Sequence record: SRR22947727_4285
Length of the DNA stretch: 50,476 bases
Reading direction: 5' to 3' (one strand)
Shown: one piece after another, positions 32,836 through 43,470 of the stretch
Numbering within the stretch: position 1 is the stretch's first letter
How the letters are laid out: each line of letters opens with the position of its first letter
The notes under the pieces: generated by a model
Database searches by the model: none
What the model saw: the letters and a program-made list of their open reading frames with translations, nothing else
Told to the model about the DNA's origin: nothing
Position numbers and translations under genes: made by a program

Positions 32836-33543
32836 TCAGTAGTTGCCGTTCCTGAAGAGGCTGTTCATGATGTTTGCGGCGTCGCTGCATCCCCGATCGC
32901 GGGCGACCTTGAGCCAGGCGATCGCACCTGAATAGTCTTTGTCGAAGCCGAAGCATTCAAATTCTAGATCGTTGTCGCAGATGATTATCCCGAGGACCAG
33001 GGATGCGCTCCTGAGCAGTTCTTGGCGCTCCTCGTGCGTCATCATGAAGAGTTCCTCGTCACTGCCCACCATGAGGTATTTGCATGCGCGCTTGAGATAT
33101 AGGTATGCATCTTCCGGGTCGAAGGATTCGTACTGGTGCATTCCCCACTTGAACAGCGCCAGGGGGTGGTTCTTCTTGGCAGCCGTCTTCCAGCTGGTCA
33201 ACGCGAGCGAATTGTCGCCCCGATGCGTGTAGAACTTGGCCCGGGCCACGTGCGCTGTTGCGTTTCCGTGCAGAAGGGATTTTGAGAAAACTGCAGGGAA
33301 GGGTTCCTTTTGGTCTGTTCTGTCGTCAGGGTCGCCGGATACTGTTGACACCCGACGCAGAGTCTTGTAATTGAGGTTTTCCAACAAATAACAGTCGTTC
33401 AGGATGCTGTCTCGCCAGTCATTGCAGACCTGCGACATAACCAGTGCGAGATGGGCGTCAAATTCGAGAAAGCCCCCGAGGATTTCGACCAGGAGATCGC
33501 CGGGGCAATGGTTCCAACGCACGGATGGGCCCGCTTCGCCCAT
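32836..33543 (-). CDS. F-box protein with Sel1-like repeats
   Basis: F-box WNHCPGDLLVEIL...MSQVCNDWRDSI; Sel1-like WKTAAKKNHPLALFKWG and KDYSGAIAWLKVARDRGCSDA. ATG at 33543. Confidence 0.75.
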   Translation of the reverse strand: MGEAGPSVRWNHCPGDLLVEILGGFLEFDAHLALVMSQVCNDWRDSILNDCYLLENLNYKTLRRVSTVSGDPDDRTDQKEPFPAVFSKSLLHGNATAHVARAKFYTHRGDNSLALTSWKTAAKKNHPLALFKWGMHQYESFDPEDAYLYLKRACKYLMVGSDEELFMMTHEERQELLRSASLVLGIIICDNDLEFECFGFDKDYSGAIAWLKVARDRGCSDAANIMNSLFRNGNY

Positions 33544-33671
33544 CCCGTCGCCAAAAGGATAGATCGAAGACGACAGAGCGGGTTGCAGCGGGGGAGACGG
33601 CAGGGATTCACAGCAAACCACTACTACAGTCAGTTTTGGTCTCGTGGTTCACAAAAGGGCCGGAGAACAAA

Positions 33672-35141
33672 ATGGCGATAGGAGCGAGAATTGGAGCGAG
33701 ACGGCCAGGGCGGCGTGGTCGAGCACACTGTCTGGTAGCGTACCTGTCTCTGGTGCTCGCTGTCGCCAAAGTGTTCTTCGTCCGCTCGTCCGCTCAGGAT
33801 TTGGCGTTTGGAACGAAGCAACTGTCGGAGAAGACAACGTTCTCTTACACGAGTCACGACGAGCTATTGGACGCCACGCACCGTATAGCGTCAGGGACAT
33901 GTCAGAAATATGCCAAGGTCGAGGTGCTGGGGGAGTCGACGAAAGGTGCCGAGATCGTGGCCCTCCGACTGCGAAAGGAGTTGACTCCGGACGCACCCGC
34001 GCTCCCCAAGGTCAAGATTGTGGGGAATTTGCACGGCGATGAGCCCACGGGGAGAGTTTTCACGCTTGCTCTAGCCGAATGGCTGTGCGATAACGTCGGC
34101 AAGGACGGCCGGGCGTCGACCATCCTGTCAAAGGTGGATCTGTGGTTGATTCCGACAGTGAATCCAGACGGGTACGCGATCCATCGTCGCGAGAACGCGA
34201 ATAACGTGGATCTGAATAGGGATTTTCCGGATAGGTTTGCGGAAGGCGCGCTGTCCAACTGGATCCCGACGCGGGACGATCACCAGGTAGAGACAAGGCT
34301 GATCATGGACTTCATTCAGCGCGAGGGGCCATTCGTGTCGAGCTTGGCTATACACGAGGGAGCTTTGGTTGCGAACTACCCATGGGATGGATCGCTGGAC
34401 AGGACGACGAAGTACGACGCAAGCCCCGACGACATCACGTTTCGCGACTTGGCGAGGCGGTATGCCACCAAGCACAGGAAGATGTCGCTTCCTAGCAACG
34501 AAGAGTTTGCGCAGACAAAAGGGATCACAAATGGTGCAGCGTGGTATCCGATATACGGGTCGATGCAGGACTGGAATTATATCGTGGGAGGCTGCATGGA
34601 GCTCACGCTGGAGGTGAGCATGAGCAAGTGGCCCAAAGAGTCACTCCTGCCCGAGCTCTTCCAAGACAACCTTCCGGCGATGCTGGAATTCATCAAAAGG
34701 AGTTCAGTGGATGCATTCAATGGCATCGTCTACGGTATCCATGGCGGCGATAGGAAGACGGGGAAGCAGAACCTTCCGATTGCGGCGACTGTGGTGGTGC
34801 ATCCCAGTTTCATGAATACGACGACGGATGCGGCCACTGGCGCTTTTTATAGGCCTCTGGCATCTGGATCGTACACCGTGGAGATGTCTTCTGTCGGGTT
34901 CAAGCCCAAGACGATGCAAGTCGAGATGCCAGACGATGGCGGCCTCTTCTTGCGTGTGTATCTGAATAAACTGCCGGGGAAGCAGTTGATCATGGACCCA
35001 AATGATCAATTCCAGTCTGGTGTCATCATTGTGGTGGGAGTTGGGTTGATGGTTAGCGGGCTTTGGTGGATCCATCTGCTGCTCTTGTCGAGAAGCAGCG
35101 GCAGGTCGCTGATGTCATCTCTAAGAATTTTGCGGCGATGA
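33672..35141 (+). CDS. M14B zinc carboxypeptidase (carboxypeptidase D / SOL1-like), signal anchor and C-terminal TM helix
   Basis: GNLHGDE, NPDG, RENANNVDLNRDFPD, HEGALVANYPWD, GITNGAAWY, GSMQDWNY, ELTLEVS. TGTAA at 35155-35159. Confidence 0.92.
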   Translation: MAIGARIGARRPGRRGRAHCLVAYLSLVLAVAKVFFVRSSAQDLAFGTKQLSEKTTFSYTSHDELLDATHRIASGTCQKYAKVEVLGESTKGAEIVALRLRKELTPDAPALPKVKIVGNLHGDEPTGRVFTLALAEWLCDNVGKDGRASTILSKVDLWLIPTVNPDGYAIHRRENANNVDLNRDFPDRFAEGALSNWIPTRDDHQVETRLIMDFIQREGPFVSSLAIHEGALVANYPWDGSLDRTTKYDASPDDITFRDLARRYATKHRKMSLPSNEEFAQTKGITNGAAWYPIYGSMQDWNYIVGGCMELTLEVSMSKWPKESLLPELFQDNLPAMLEFIKRSSVDAFNGIVYGIHGGDRKTGKQNLPIAATVVVHPSFMNTTTDAATGAFYRPLASGSYTVEMSSVGFKPKTMQVEMPDDGGLFLRVYLNKLPGKQLIMDPNDQFQSGVIIVVGVGLMVSGLWWIHLLLLSRSSGRSLMSSLRILRR

Positions 35142-35170
35142 TCGTGACCGACACTGTAAAATATTTATGA

Positions 35171-36508
35171 CTAGAAGACCCCGGCGATAAACTGCAGGAT
35201 ATCCGTGATGGAAACAACCGCCTCCACCTTCATGGACTCTTCGCATACGTAAAGGTGGTGGAGACGATGATGGCATATGGTCCCAATCGCTTCACGAAGA
35301 CTTGTCGAGCGTCTGACCGCGTACACCTGAATGTCCTTAGGGTTTGGAGTCTTGGGGTGGCTTGAGACACCCTGGCTCGCAAAGTACGGATGATTCGCGT
35401 CGTAGCTTGACCGAGAGTAGCCGATGTAAGCTGTCCCGTGGACCAGCGCAAGGAACTCGGCCACCGGCAGGGCCAGGACACCAAAATGCTCAGGCCGGAG
35501 GGCCCGCCCCGCGAGGTCCGACAGGCTCAGATTCGCAATCATCGCTTCCGAATCGCCGGCGATCACTGGAGCGCTCGAGACGCCCTCTTTTTTCATCTTG
35601 GACAGTGCGTGCTGGCGAACGAGAAAAGGGCCAGTGTGAGTCACGGCTGGCAATTCAATAGAGCGAGAGTTCAACAACAACAACGACACGCACCAGCATG
35701 CTCTCGTGAGCCCCGACGGAAACGACTGGCCGCCTCGTCTGAAGAAACCCGAGCTCCTCCAAAGAACGATCCATGCTGTCAACCCCCGAAGCCCTGTCAG
35801 CCAGCCGACTGTCTATGAAGGCAAGCACGTCCAATTGACTCACGACGTCCACGATCGCCCCATATCGATCGAACAGCGCAATTCGATGACACGCGTCGGG
35901 CTCGATGAAGCACTGGCGAATGACCGTTAGAAGGGACGTGGTCGGCGCGTCCTCCACAGGAACAAGTTTTCGATCCTGAACCACGAGCGTCAAACGCCAG
36001 TGAGAGAGATTCCGTCTTGACAGGCAAGGGCACATCACTCAAGCATACCTCGATACAAGGCACGGACACCAGTCGCATGGTGGCAAACTCCCCACCCGCC
36101 TTCTCCAAGTCTGGCGAGTACGAACGAGTGTGAGCGAGCGCGAAACGCGAGTGAGAGTCAGGCGTGCCAGCTGGCGCTCGTGGTCGATTACGTACCACTC
36201 ATGAGAGAAAGCATCATCGTCGGCAGCTGATGCTCGGCGTTTTTCGACTCGACAAAGTTCAACAGCGCCGTGACAAGGTCCCGAATGTCGAGCCACCCGA
36301 TAAGCGTCGGTGCCCCGTCGACGTCCATCCCCCCGTCGTCCTCAATCTCTGGCTCGACGACGATAGGAGCTGACAGAAGCCGTTTATCGGCCAGCGTCAC
36401 CAGGGCCTCGGCGACCGTCTGGTTGTGCGACAGGGTGACGACGCCTCTCTCTCGGCCGTTTCGGATTTCGTCCAGCGAGGCTTTGTTGAGAATATCAGCG
36501 AGGCTCAT
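35171..36508 (-). CDS. CBS-domain protein, SNF1/AMPK gamma-like (exons 36196-36508, 36049-36110, 35694-35975, 35171-35611; ~365 aa)
   Basis: Four CBS-like units: LLSAPIV..GWLDIRD, CHRIAL..VVSQLDV, GVSSAPVI..IANLSLSD, RLHHLYV..VVSITDIL. Three GT-AG introns restore the frame. Confidence 0.85.
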
Positions 36509-36792
36509 GGCGTTAGATCGGCGATACAGTGGTTTGATATCTATATGTTCCATAAATTCCGGTTGCACGTAAGATCCTGCCTATCACGCACTTTCGTTGA
36601 GTGACACAGCCACGTCAGCCCTTGGGCAGCCGATACGAGATCAATCATGGAAATTGCAGCCAAATCAGCGAGGAGGTATTGACACTATGGATCGTCGTGT
36701 GAGTGCAGAGACGTCCAAAGGTTGGGGCCCTCGCCTGCCAACACGGCTTGCTGGTTGACGCACGACAACGGCCGAACTGCCAAGCCTTCCGT

Positions 36793-37776
36793 TCATCCCC
36801 CAAACCGTCGCTCTCGCAGCCCAAAGTCCGCGCACGCCTTTTCCAGCTCTTCCAAGTCCCAATCTGGCCATAGAACGTCCGAAAAGTACAGCTCGGTGTA
36901 GGCCAGCTCGAATAGCAGAAAGTTTGAGACCCGGCGCTCTCCTCCCGTCCTTATGAGCAGATCGGGCTCCCTGTTTTCAGGAGCAATGTATCCCATTGAT
37001 AGACTGTCGGATATCATCGCTGCGTCTATATCAGCCACGTCAATCGACCCATCTCGCACCCTTTGTGCGACGGCTCGGGTCGACCGCACGATGTCGTCCG
37101 TGCCAGAAAAGTTGAGGGCCACCGTCAGCGTCAGGGTGTCGTTTGCAGCCGTAAGGATCTCAGCCTCTCGAACAATCTTCATGAAATGGGGGTCCCCGAT
37201 GCCCTCCAAGTTGCCGACGAACCTGAGCCGTACCCCTTCCTTGTGCAGCTTGTCCAGACGGTCGCTGACCACGGAACGAACGAGTTGAACAAGAAACGTC
37301 ACCTCTTCTGCCGCTCTATTAATGCTATTTTCTGTGCTCAGCGCAAAGACGCTGAGAAATCTCACCCCAAGCTCCACACACCCCTCGACAGTACGCTGGA
37401 GTGCGTCGATGCCTGCTTTGTGTCCCACCGAGGCGATTGCGCCACGTTTACCGGCCCAACGTCCATTTCCATCCATAATAATGGCCACATGCTCCGGGGT
37501 AGCCGGTCTGGTGGGCTTGGAGGACGTAGTCGACGTCATCGACGAGACGGACAACGCGTTGCCCCTGTCGCCCACGTTGCCCAGGCCGGCCCCGCAGTAT
37601 ACGCCGGCAGCAGGCGAGTCCCTGGCGATTGGCCTCCATCTAACGCGCGTTCCTGTGCTGACACCGTCGCAGGGGGCACGTCGTCGCCTGGGAGGTCTAG
37701 TTCGGCAATTGAGACGCAGACAAGTCGGAAGTGGTCGAAGGTTACCCGAGGCCGCAACCGCTTCCGCTCCGCTCAT
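36793..37776 (-). CDS. cis-prenyltransferase (UppS/DHDDS family) with transit-peptide-like N-terminus
   Basis: PEHVAIIMDGNGRWA, GHKAG, FALSTEN, EPDLLIRTGGERRVSNFLL, WPD, RERRFGG. Confidence 0.93.
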   Translation of the reverse strand: MSGAEAVAASGNLRPLPTCLRLNCRTRPPRRRRAPCDGVSTGTRVRWRPIARDSPAAGVYCGAGLGNVGDRGNALSVSSMTSTTSSKPTRPATPEHVAIIMDGNGRWAGKRGAIASVGHKAGIDALQRTVEGCVELGVRFLSVFALSTENSINRAAEEVTFLVQLVRSVVSDRLDKLHKEGVRLRFVGNLEGIGDPHFMKIVREAEILTAANDTLTLTVALNFSGTDDIVRSTRAVAQRVRDGSIDVADIDAAMISDSLSMGYIAPENREPDLLIRTGGERRVSNFLLFELAYTELYFSDVLWPDWDLEELEKACADFGLRERRFGG

Positions 37777-37833
37777 CCCTAGCAATAGCTGAGAATCTAT
37801 TCTCGTCTCGAGATATTAATACGGAGTATTTTC

Positions 37834-39102
37834 TTATTCGTTCTTACTGATTTCTCTAGTCTTAATGCTGCGTCGATCCGTCTGGTCTCCCCGGTCCACT
37901 CGATCCCCGCGCTCCATCCGGTCCACTTCAGGGCGACGCGGGCGCACCTCGCTCTGTAGCGCCTGTCCCACCGACCGGCGCTGGGGAGGGGGCAGAGCGA
38001 GTGGCCGGCCCCGCTGGCTGCGTTGCCCCCGCTGCTGAGGCATGTCCCTCGGGTTCGTCGTGATGGGCTCTGGGAGCTTCTTGCCATAGTACACCTCGTA
38101 GTCTCGCGCATGGCGCTCGTACCAGGCTGCGTACGCCGGGTCAGCTCTGTACTTTTCGCTCGAGTTTCCGCCACCATTCCCACCCATTTCCTCTATGTCC
38201 ATCCCGGCTATCAGGTTGACGAACGATGTCACGTACTCGGTTATCCACCCTTCACTTTCCTTGACGGCTCGCCGATCCGCCCCGCGCCGCACGATCGTTT
38301 TGGTCGGCCCGACAGCGACAATGTCCCGCTCGTCAAGCCTTGAGCACCCCAACAGCTCCTGGGGAATAGACGGGAGGCCTAGGACGTCAAATCGTATACT
38401 CGAGATCTGTCCATTGTCAGGATTGAACAGAAAATCCCTCACCTTACCCAGCGTCAGACCGTCCTCGGTGCATACCTCAGAGCCAACCATCCGCACGAAC
38501 CCGAGGGACTCGTCCGCAGCAGGATCGAGCAGCGAGCTCTCGTCGTGCACCAGGACGACGTCTCCGATCTGCCTCAGACTGGAAAGTGACACGTGATCCC
38601 TACCAGACCCCGACGAGCCCAAGGACGTCAGCGACGACACGTTCTTCCGGAGATACAGCGACGTCACCTCCAATGACACCGGGTCCACGTACAGGTCGTC
38701 GATGTACCCAAGGCGCTTTCCAGACGTTCTCGTGATAATCTCTTTGTCCATCAATATGGATCGAGGCAGAAGGAGCGCGGCCTGCTTCTGCATATCAGAG
38801 CTACGCTGCGAGGCTGACTTTCCTCCCCTGGAGGTCATGTCGGGTCTTTGTGGTCTCGGAGGCCGCTGCGGTGGCCCACGCCCCTTCCCCGCATCCATAC
38901 CCCCACCAACACCTCTGATATTTTTTGAGCTCTTCTGCCGCGACTGCGGGCCCTCGGCAGCCCCGCTGCGAAGCGCATCCGGCCTGCCCTCGGGAAAATT
39001 GGAAGTTGCATGTGTCACGGTCCTCTGCGTAAGCCTCCCGCACCCGCTTCTCCGAGAAGAAACGAGCCTGGAGCCGGTTATACGCACAACGTGGACCCCC
39101 AT
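37834..39102 (-). CDS. Tandem PRC-barrel domain protein, probably plastid (cyanobacterial-like)
   Basis: Two PRC-like units: IITRTSGKRLGYIDDLYVD..LRQIGDVVLV and VGSEVCTEDGLTLGKVRDFLFN..G. Arg/Ser-rich N-terminus. Confidence 0.75.
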   Translation of the reverse strand: MGVHVVRITGSRLVSSRRSGCGRLTQRTVTHATSNFPEGRPDALRSGAAEGPQSRQKSSKNIRGVGGGMDAGKGRGPPQRPPRPQRPDMTSRGGKSASQRSSDMQKQAALLLPRSILMDKEIITRTSGKRLGYIDDLYVDPVSLEVTSLYLRKNVSSLTSLGSSGSGRDHVSLSSLRQIGDVVLVHDESSLLDPAADESLGFVRMVGSEVCTEDGLTLGKVRDFLFNPDNGQISSIRFDVLGLPSIPQELLGCSRLDERDIVAVGPTKTIVRRGADRRAVKESEGWITEYVTSFVNLIAGMDIEEMGGNGGGNSSEKYRADPAYAAWYERHARDYEVYYGKKLPEPITTNPRDMPQQRGQRSQRGRPLALPPPQRRSVGQALQSEVRPRRPEVDRMERGDRVDRGDQTDRRSIKTREISKNE

Positions 39103-39187
39103 TGCCGGTGCGATACGTGGTCACGACAATTATTTTTACTTCTTCTTTCTCGCACGTAGGACCAAGTGGTAGGACCAAGGCGGCCCG

Positions 39188-40171
39188 ATGGCCCAAAAGA
39201 GCAATCTCAGGTTATCTGCCACGCTTCGCGTCGACCAAGCAGAGGTCGACGCCCAGACGGGCAACAGAGGACCCTCCCCATCGGCTCGTCCGACCACTTC
39301 GGATGACCCCGTCCTCTGCGTCCGCTTCACCCGTGACGGCTCGTATCTGCTGTCCGCCACTAAAGAGCAGCGGCTCGTCCATCTGTGGAATCATCGGACC
39401 GGCACCTATATTTCTTCGTTCCGGGGCCATGGCAGGCAGGTTCGGGATGTCGACGTCGAGCGCAGCAATGGGGCCTTTGTGTCATGTGGCGGGGATCAGG
39501 ACGTGTTTAAATGGGACGTAGAGCGCGGAAGAATCGTCAGTAAGTACCGGGGTCACGAACGGGACATCAACGCCGTGCGGTACGACGAGAAGAACTGCAA
39601 TGTGTTTGCCAGTGGAGGCACCGATCAGACCATGCGCATTTGGGACGCCCGGAGCAAACATTCGTGCATCCAAGTGCTCGGGAGAGAGCACTTCAAGGAC
39701 TCTGTGATGTCGGTCGACTGGGCAGACACGCACTCGCTCGTCGGCGGATGCGTAGACGGCTGTGTCAAAGAGTTTGATGTGCGACAAGGGCGCATTGTCG
39801 TCGACGATTTGGGCGACCCCGTCACAAGTGTGGATGCCACGGAGCGATATATACTTGTGGCGTGCATGGGGAGCGATATCAAGCTGTTGGATAGGGCGGA
39901 CGGCCGTTTGCTCCAGTCGTTTAGCGGGCACTGCCACGTGCACACCAAGCTCACGGCGGTACTGACCACCGACGAACAGCGGGTCCTCAGCTGCTCAGAG
40001 GACGGTTATCTGTGCGTGTGGGAGACCCTCGGTGGCGACGGATCGCTCTATAAGGTGCAAGCGCACCGGGGCGAGGTGACCTGTGTTGCCGTTTGCCAAG
40101 ACCTGGAATCCGTTGCGAGTTGTGGCCTCGACGGGCTCGTTTTAGTCTTCTCCCTTCATGCCTCGGGGTAA
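39188..40171 (+). CDS. WDR83: WD40 protein, WDR83/MORG1-like
   Basis: VRFTRDGSY, LWN..G, GHGRQVRDV, SCGGD..WDV..G..RGH, WDARS..IQVL, GCVDG..FDVRQG, CSEDG. Confidence 0.82.
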   Translation: MAQKSNLRLSATLRVDQAEVDAQTGNRGPSPSARPTTSDDPVLCVRFTRDGSYLLSATKEQRLVHLWNHRTGTYISSFRGHGRQVRDVDVERSNGAFVSCGGDQDVFKWDVERGRIVSKYRGHERDINAVRYDEKNCNVFASGGTDQTMRIWDARSKHSCIQVLGREHFKDSVMSVDWADTHSLVGGCVDGCVKEFDVRQGRIVVDDLGDPVTSVDATERYILVACMGSDIKLLDRADGRLLQSFSGHCHVHTKLTAVLTTDEQRVLSCSEDGYLCVWETLGGDGSLYKVQAHRGEVTCVAVCQDLESVASCGLDGLVLVFSLHASG

Positions 40172-40260
40172 AATTATATTTCTATTCACAGGTCTTGATC
40201 GTCCGACGATAGAGCGCGAAGGACGAGACCGCCAGGGCTTGACAACCTCCAGCGAATTTC

Positions 40261-41868
40261 ATGAAATCGACGAGGCGACGTCAAAACGGGCAGAACGGTC
40301 ATCACGAAGAGACGAACGGACACAGCCAGGATAGCAGTCATTACAAGCACACAATGAAGGGAGGCTCGACGGCGTTCGGCGGCCGTATGCTGCCCGGCGC
40401 GTTCCCCCGGGAGAGCACGTGGATGATCTCCCCTAGACACAAGCGCTACCTGCTTGCCATCTTCCTGGTGTTTATGACGGGCACCTTTCTCATACCGAAC
40501 GGAATCTTCTTCGGTACCGGGACGAACGGAGACGTGCCGGGAGCCAAGGTCCCGGGAGCCACTGGCGACGGGATTGTCAACAGTCACAAGTACGCTGTGG
40601 TGATCGACGCGGGCTCGACGGGCTCTAGGGTCCACATATTCAAATTTTCAAAGGCCAGCGAAGGCGATCTGGAACTCGAATCGGACGACTTTGATCAGCT
40701 TAAACCCGGACTGAGTGCCTACGCTGACAAGCCGGAGAAAGGTGCCCAGTCGCTGAAGCCGCTGCTGGAGCGGGCGCTCAAGGCGGTTCCTAGTGAGATG
40801 CACGCATCGACGCCCATAATGGTGGGCGCCACGGCCGGGCTTCGGCTGCTGCCGGACGGCAAGGCGGACGTCATCCTGGATCATGTCAAGTCGTTCCTGG
40901 ACGAGTTTCCTTTCGTGTCTAGCAAGGATGCTGTGACAATTCTCAGCGGACAGAGCGAAGGGGCATTCGCATGGCTCACCCTCAACTACCTCCTGGGCAA
41001 CCTTGGCAAGCCGTTCGACGAGACTGTGGCGGCCATCGACCTTGGTGGCGGAAGTGTCCAGCAGGCGTTTGCCATGGGTCCAACGGAGATCAAGGAGGCG
41101 CCGAAGCCGGACTATATCACCAAGCTCAAGGGGGGCGGCAAGGAGTATAGCGTTTATGTTCACAGCTATCTCGGATACGGGCTAATGGCAGCTCGAGCTG
41201 CCGTGCTTGAGATCGACCCCAACGGGCCGGAGGACGACTCGCACCCCTGTATCCACGAGGGATATAAAGGTAAATATACGTACGGCGAGGACGTGTACCA
41301 GGCGGAGGGGAAGGAGTCCGTGGGGGCACAGTACGACCAGTGTATGGCAACAGTCCTGACCGCGCTGAACAGGGACCAACAGTGCGGCGCCCCGCAGCCA
41401 CAGTGCGCCTTCGGAGGTGCCTGGATGGGATCACGCATCCCGGATGTGTTCTACGTGTCGTCTTATTTCTACGACCGAGCTGCAGACGCCGGTCTGCTCA
41501 ACGAGAAGGAGGCACACGCTGTCGTCTCCCCGCGGCTCTTCAAGGACATGGCAGAGGACGTGTGCGACTTGGATCTGAAATCGGTCCAGTCCAAGTATGA
41601 CCGGGTGCAGAAAGAGCATTCTCCTTACTTCTGCCTGGATCTGACGTATGCGCATACGCTGCTGACAGGAGGATTCAACATCCCAGACGAGCAGGAAATC
41701 GTGCTCGTGAAGCAGGTCAAGTACCGGGGCGACTACGGTATGTATCGTAATGAACTCAATTGTGACATCCCATGCCCAGACCACCTCTCTCACGCACCCT
41801 CTCTCCTTCATTCCAATGCAGTCGAGGTTGCTTGGGCCTTGGGCGCCGGCATCAACATGCTCTCGTGA
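40261..41868 (+). CDS. Apyrase / nucleoside diphosphatase (GDA1/CD39), type II membrane; intron 41738-41821
   Basis: ACR motifs IDAGSTGSR, GATAGLR, SEGAFAWLTLNY, DLGGGSVQ, and WALG after splicing. N-terminal TM helix YLLAIFLVFMTGTFLI. Confidence 0.93.
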   Translation: MKSTRRRQNGQNGHHEETNGHSQDSSHYKHTMKGGSTAFGGRMLPGAFPRESTWMISPRHKRYLLAIFLVFMTGTFLIPNGIFFGTGTNGDVPGAKVPGATGDGIVNSHKYAVVIDAGSTGSRVHIFKFSKASEGDLELESDDFDQLKPGLSAYADKPEKGAQSLKPLLERALKAVPSEMHASTPIMVGATAGLRLLPDGKADVILDHVKSFLDEFPFVSSKDAVTILSGQSEGAFAWLTLNYLLGNLGKPFDETVAAIDLGGGSVQQAFAMGPTEIKEAPKPDYITKLKGGGKEYSVYVHSYLGYGLMAARAAVLEIDPNGPEDDSHPCIHEGYKGKYTYGEDVYQAEGKESVGAQYDQCMATVLTALNRDQQCGAPQPQCAFGGAWMGSRIPDVFYVSSYFYDRAADAGLLNEKEAHAVVSPRLFKDMAEDVCDLDLKSVQSKYDRVQKEHSPYFCLDLTYAHTLLTGGFNIPDEQEIVLVKQVKYRGDYGMYRNELNCDIPCPDHLSHAPSLLHSNAVEVAWALGAGINMLS

Positions 41869-41905
41869 TCGCTCTCGCTTGTGTCTATTTGCATTCTTCT
41901 TGTTA

Positions 41906-43038
41906 TCAATTTTTCAGGGGTTCCCGATCAAAGCTCGAAGCGCTGGCCTCCCGCGACATGCTGGGCAGCGTCACTCGCCCCTCTGTCTGACTCCGCAGCT
42001 TGTTAATCTTCGTCTGAGAGTACATCAAAAACCCTGCCATGGCCAGCAAGCAACCCAAGAGCATCTTGGGCGTGAATTCCTTCCCTTCATCCAATATCAG
42101 CGCCGACAAGATCAACAACCCTACAATTTTAATCTCCCCCAGGACGGTTGTCGTGACGGCACTGCTCCGCTTGATCATCAGCGAGTGCACGAGGTTGTAC
42201 GTGACTGCGTTCACACTGCTCAGAATTATGATCCCCAGAACATCGTTGAAATGCTCTGCAAAATACACCCGAAACGCGCCCAGCTCCATGTAAACCATGA
42301 ACGGGGTCAGACACGCCAGACTGATTGGTGCCGTGTAGAACGTCAGCCGGACCACATCCAGCTTCTCGCTGAGCAACTTGCCCGAGAATGTCATCATCGC
42401 CGCATTGCAAATCGTCCCCACGACACAGAATATGATTGCATGCGGCTTGCCTGCCACCGTCCCCTGCACAGTACATCAACGCCATGTACGTGAGTGAAAC
42501 CCGGTGACCGAACCAATCCACGCAGAAGAAAGCACGAGCGAGTAAATCACAATCAAAACCAAATCAAGAAGCGAACCTGCCACACAGCAATCATCACCCC
42601 AACCGTCAGCATCACCAAACTCCATCCTTCCCGCTCTCCGGGCACTTTCCCCTCCACCACGATCGCCAGCAAGCATGTCACTACAGGGATGCTACTCCGA
42701 ATCACCTGATTCAAACTAAGGCTAATGTCGATCAGACTGATGTTGTTCAGGGCTATGTTCAGAGCCAGAAAGCTCCCTATGCACACCAACCCCTTCCATT
42801 GCTTCTCCCACGTCCGCATGTGCGTCTCCATTGGGACCCGTAGCGCGAACGGAGCCAGCACAAGGAAGCTGAAACTCATGTGTGCCGACGTCAACGTCAG
42901 CGGAAATGCCATCCCATAGTGCCCCAGCGCCCACTTGTTCAACAGGTTGAGCGTTGTATTGAGAACAAGGTAAACGGCAATGAGCAGGACCATGCTCGCC
43001 GTCTTTGACGTGCTGTTTGGGAAAATGACTTCCAACAT
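41906..43038 (-). CDS. Nucleotide-sugar / triose-phosphate translocator family transporter (exons 42577-43038, 41906-42463; ~339 aa)
   Basis: About 10 TM helices with NKWAL, FPLTLTSAH, NNISL..ISLSLNQVIRS..P, YTAP, SAVTTTVLGEIK. GT-AG intron 42464-42576. Confidence 0.88.
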
Positions 43039-43470
43039 GATGTTGGAAGTCTATACCACGCCCAGTTCACACCGTGTGGCCGAAATCACAGAGACTTCGG
43101 GGGTATCACGCGCACTCAACTCCTATTGAAGATCTCGTGACCTGCCAAGCAGTCTATGCACCCAAGTTCTGTTCTTTGCCGTGGAAACAGAGTTAGAATG
43201 TATTAAAGGGGATATATATGGCGTGCATAGATACCCGCCATCGATTATAAATGAGAAAACGCGTCCGAATGACACGAGGAGGGGCGAGGCATCATCCTGT
43301 GGGAGGGCCTTCATACCGAGGGTCCTCGTACGAAGTCGGTGTGTTAATATGCTATCTACGTATCACACTGTCAATGTTCGATCCATCGCTGTGTAGATGG
43401 GCATGACGAAACGAGCAGACAGGCACCGGTCCATTTCGCAACGACTCTTTCGCGAATTTTGCCCCGCCGC

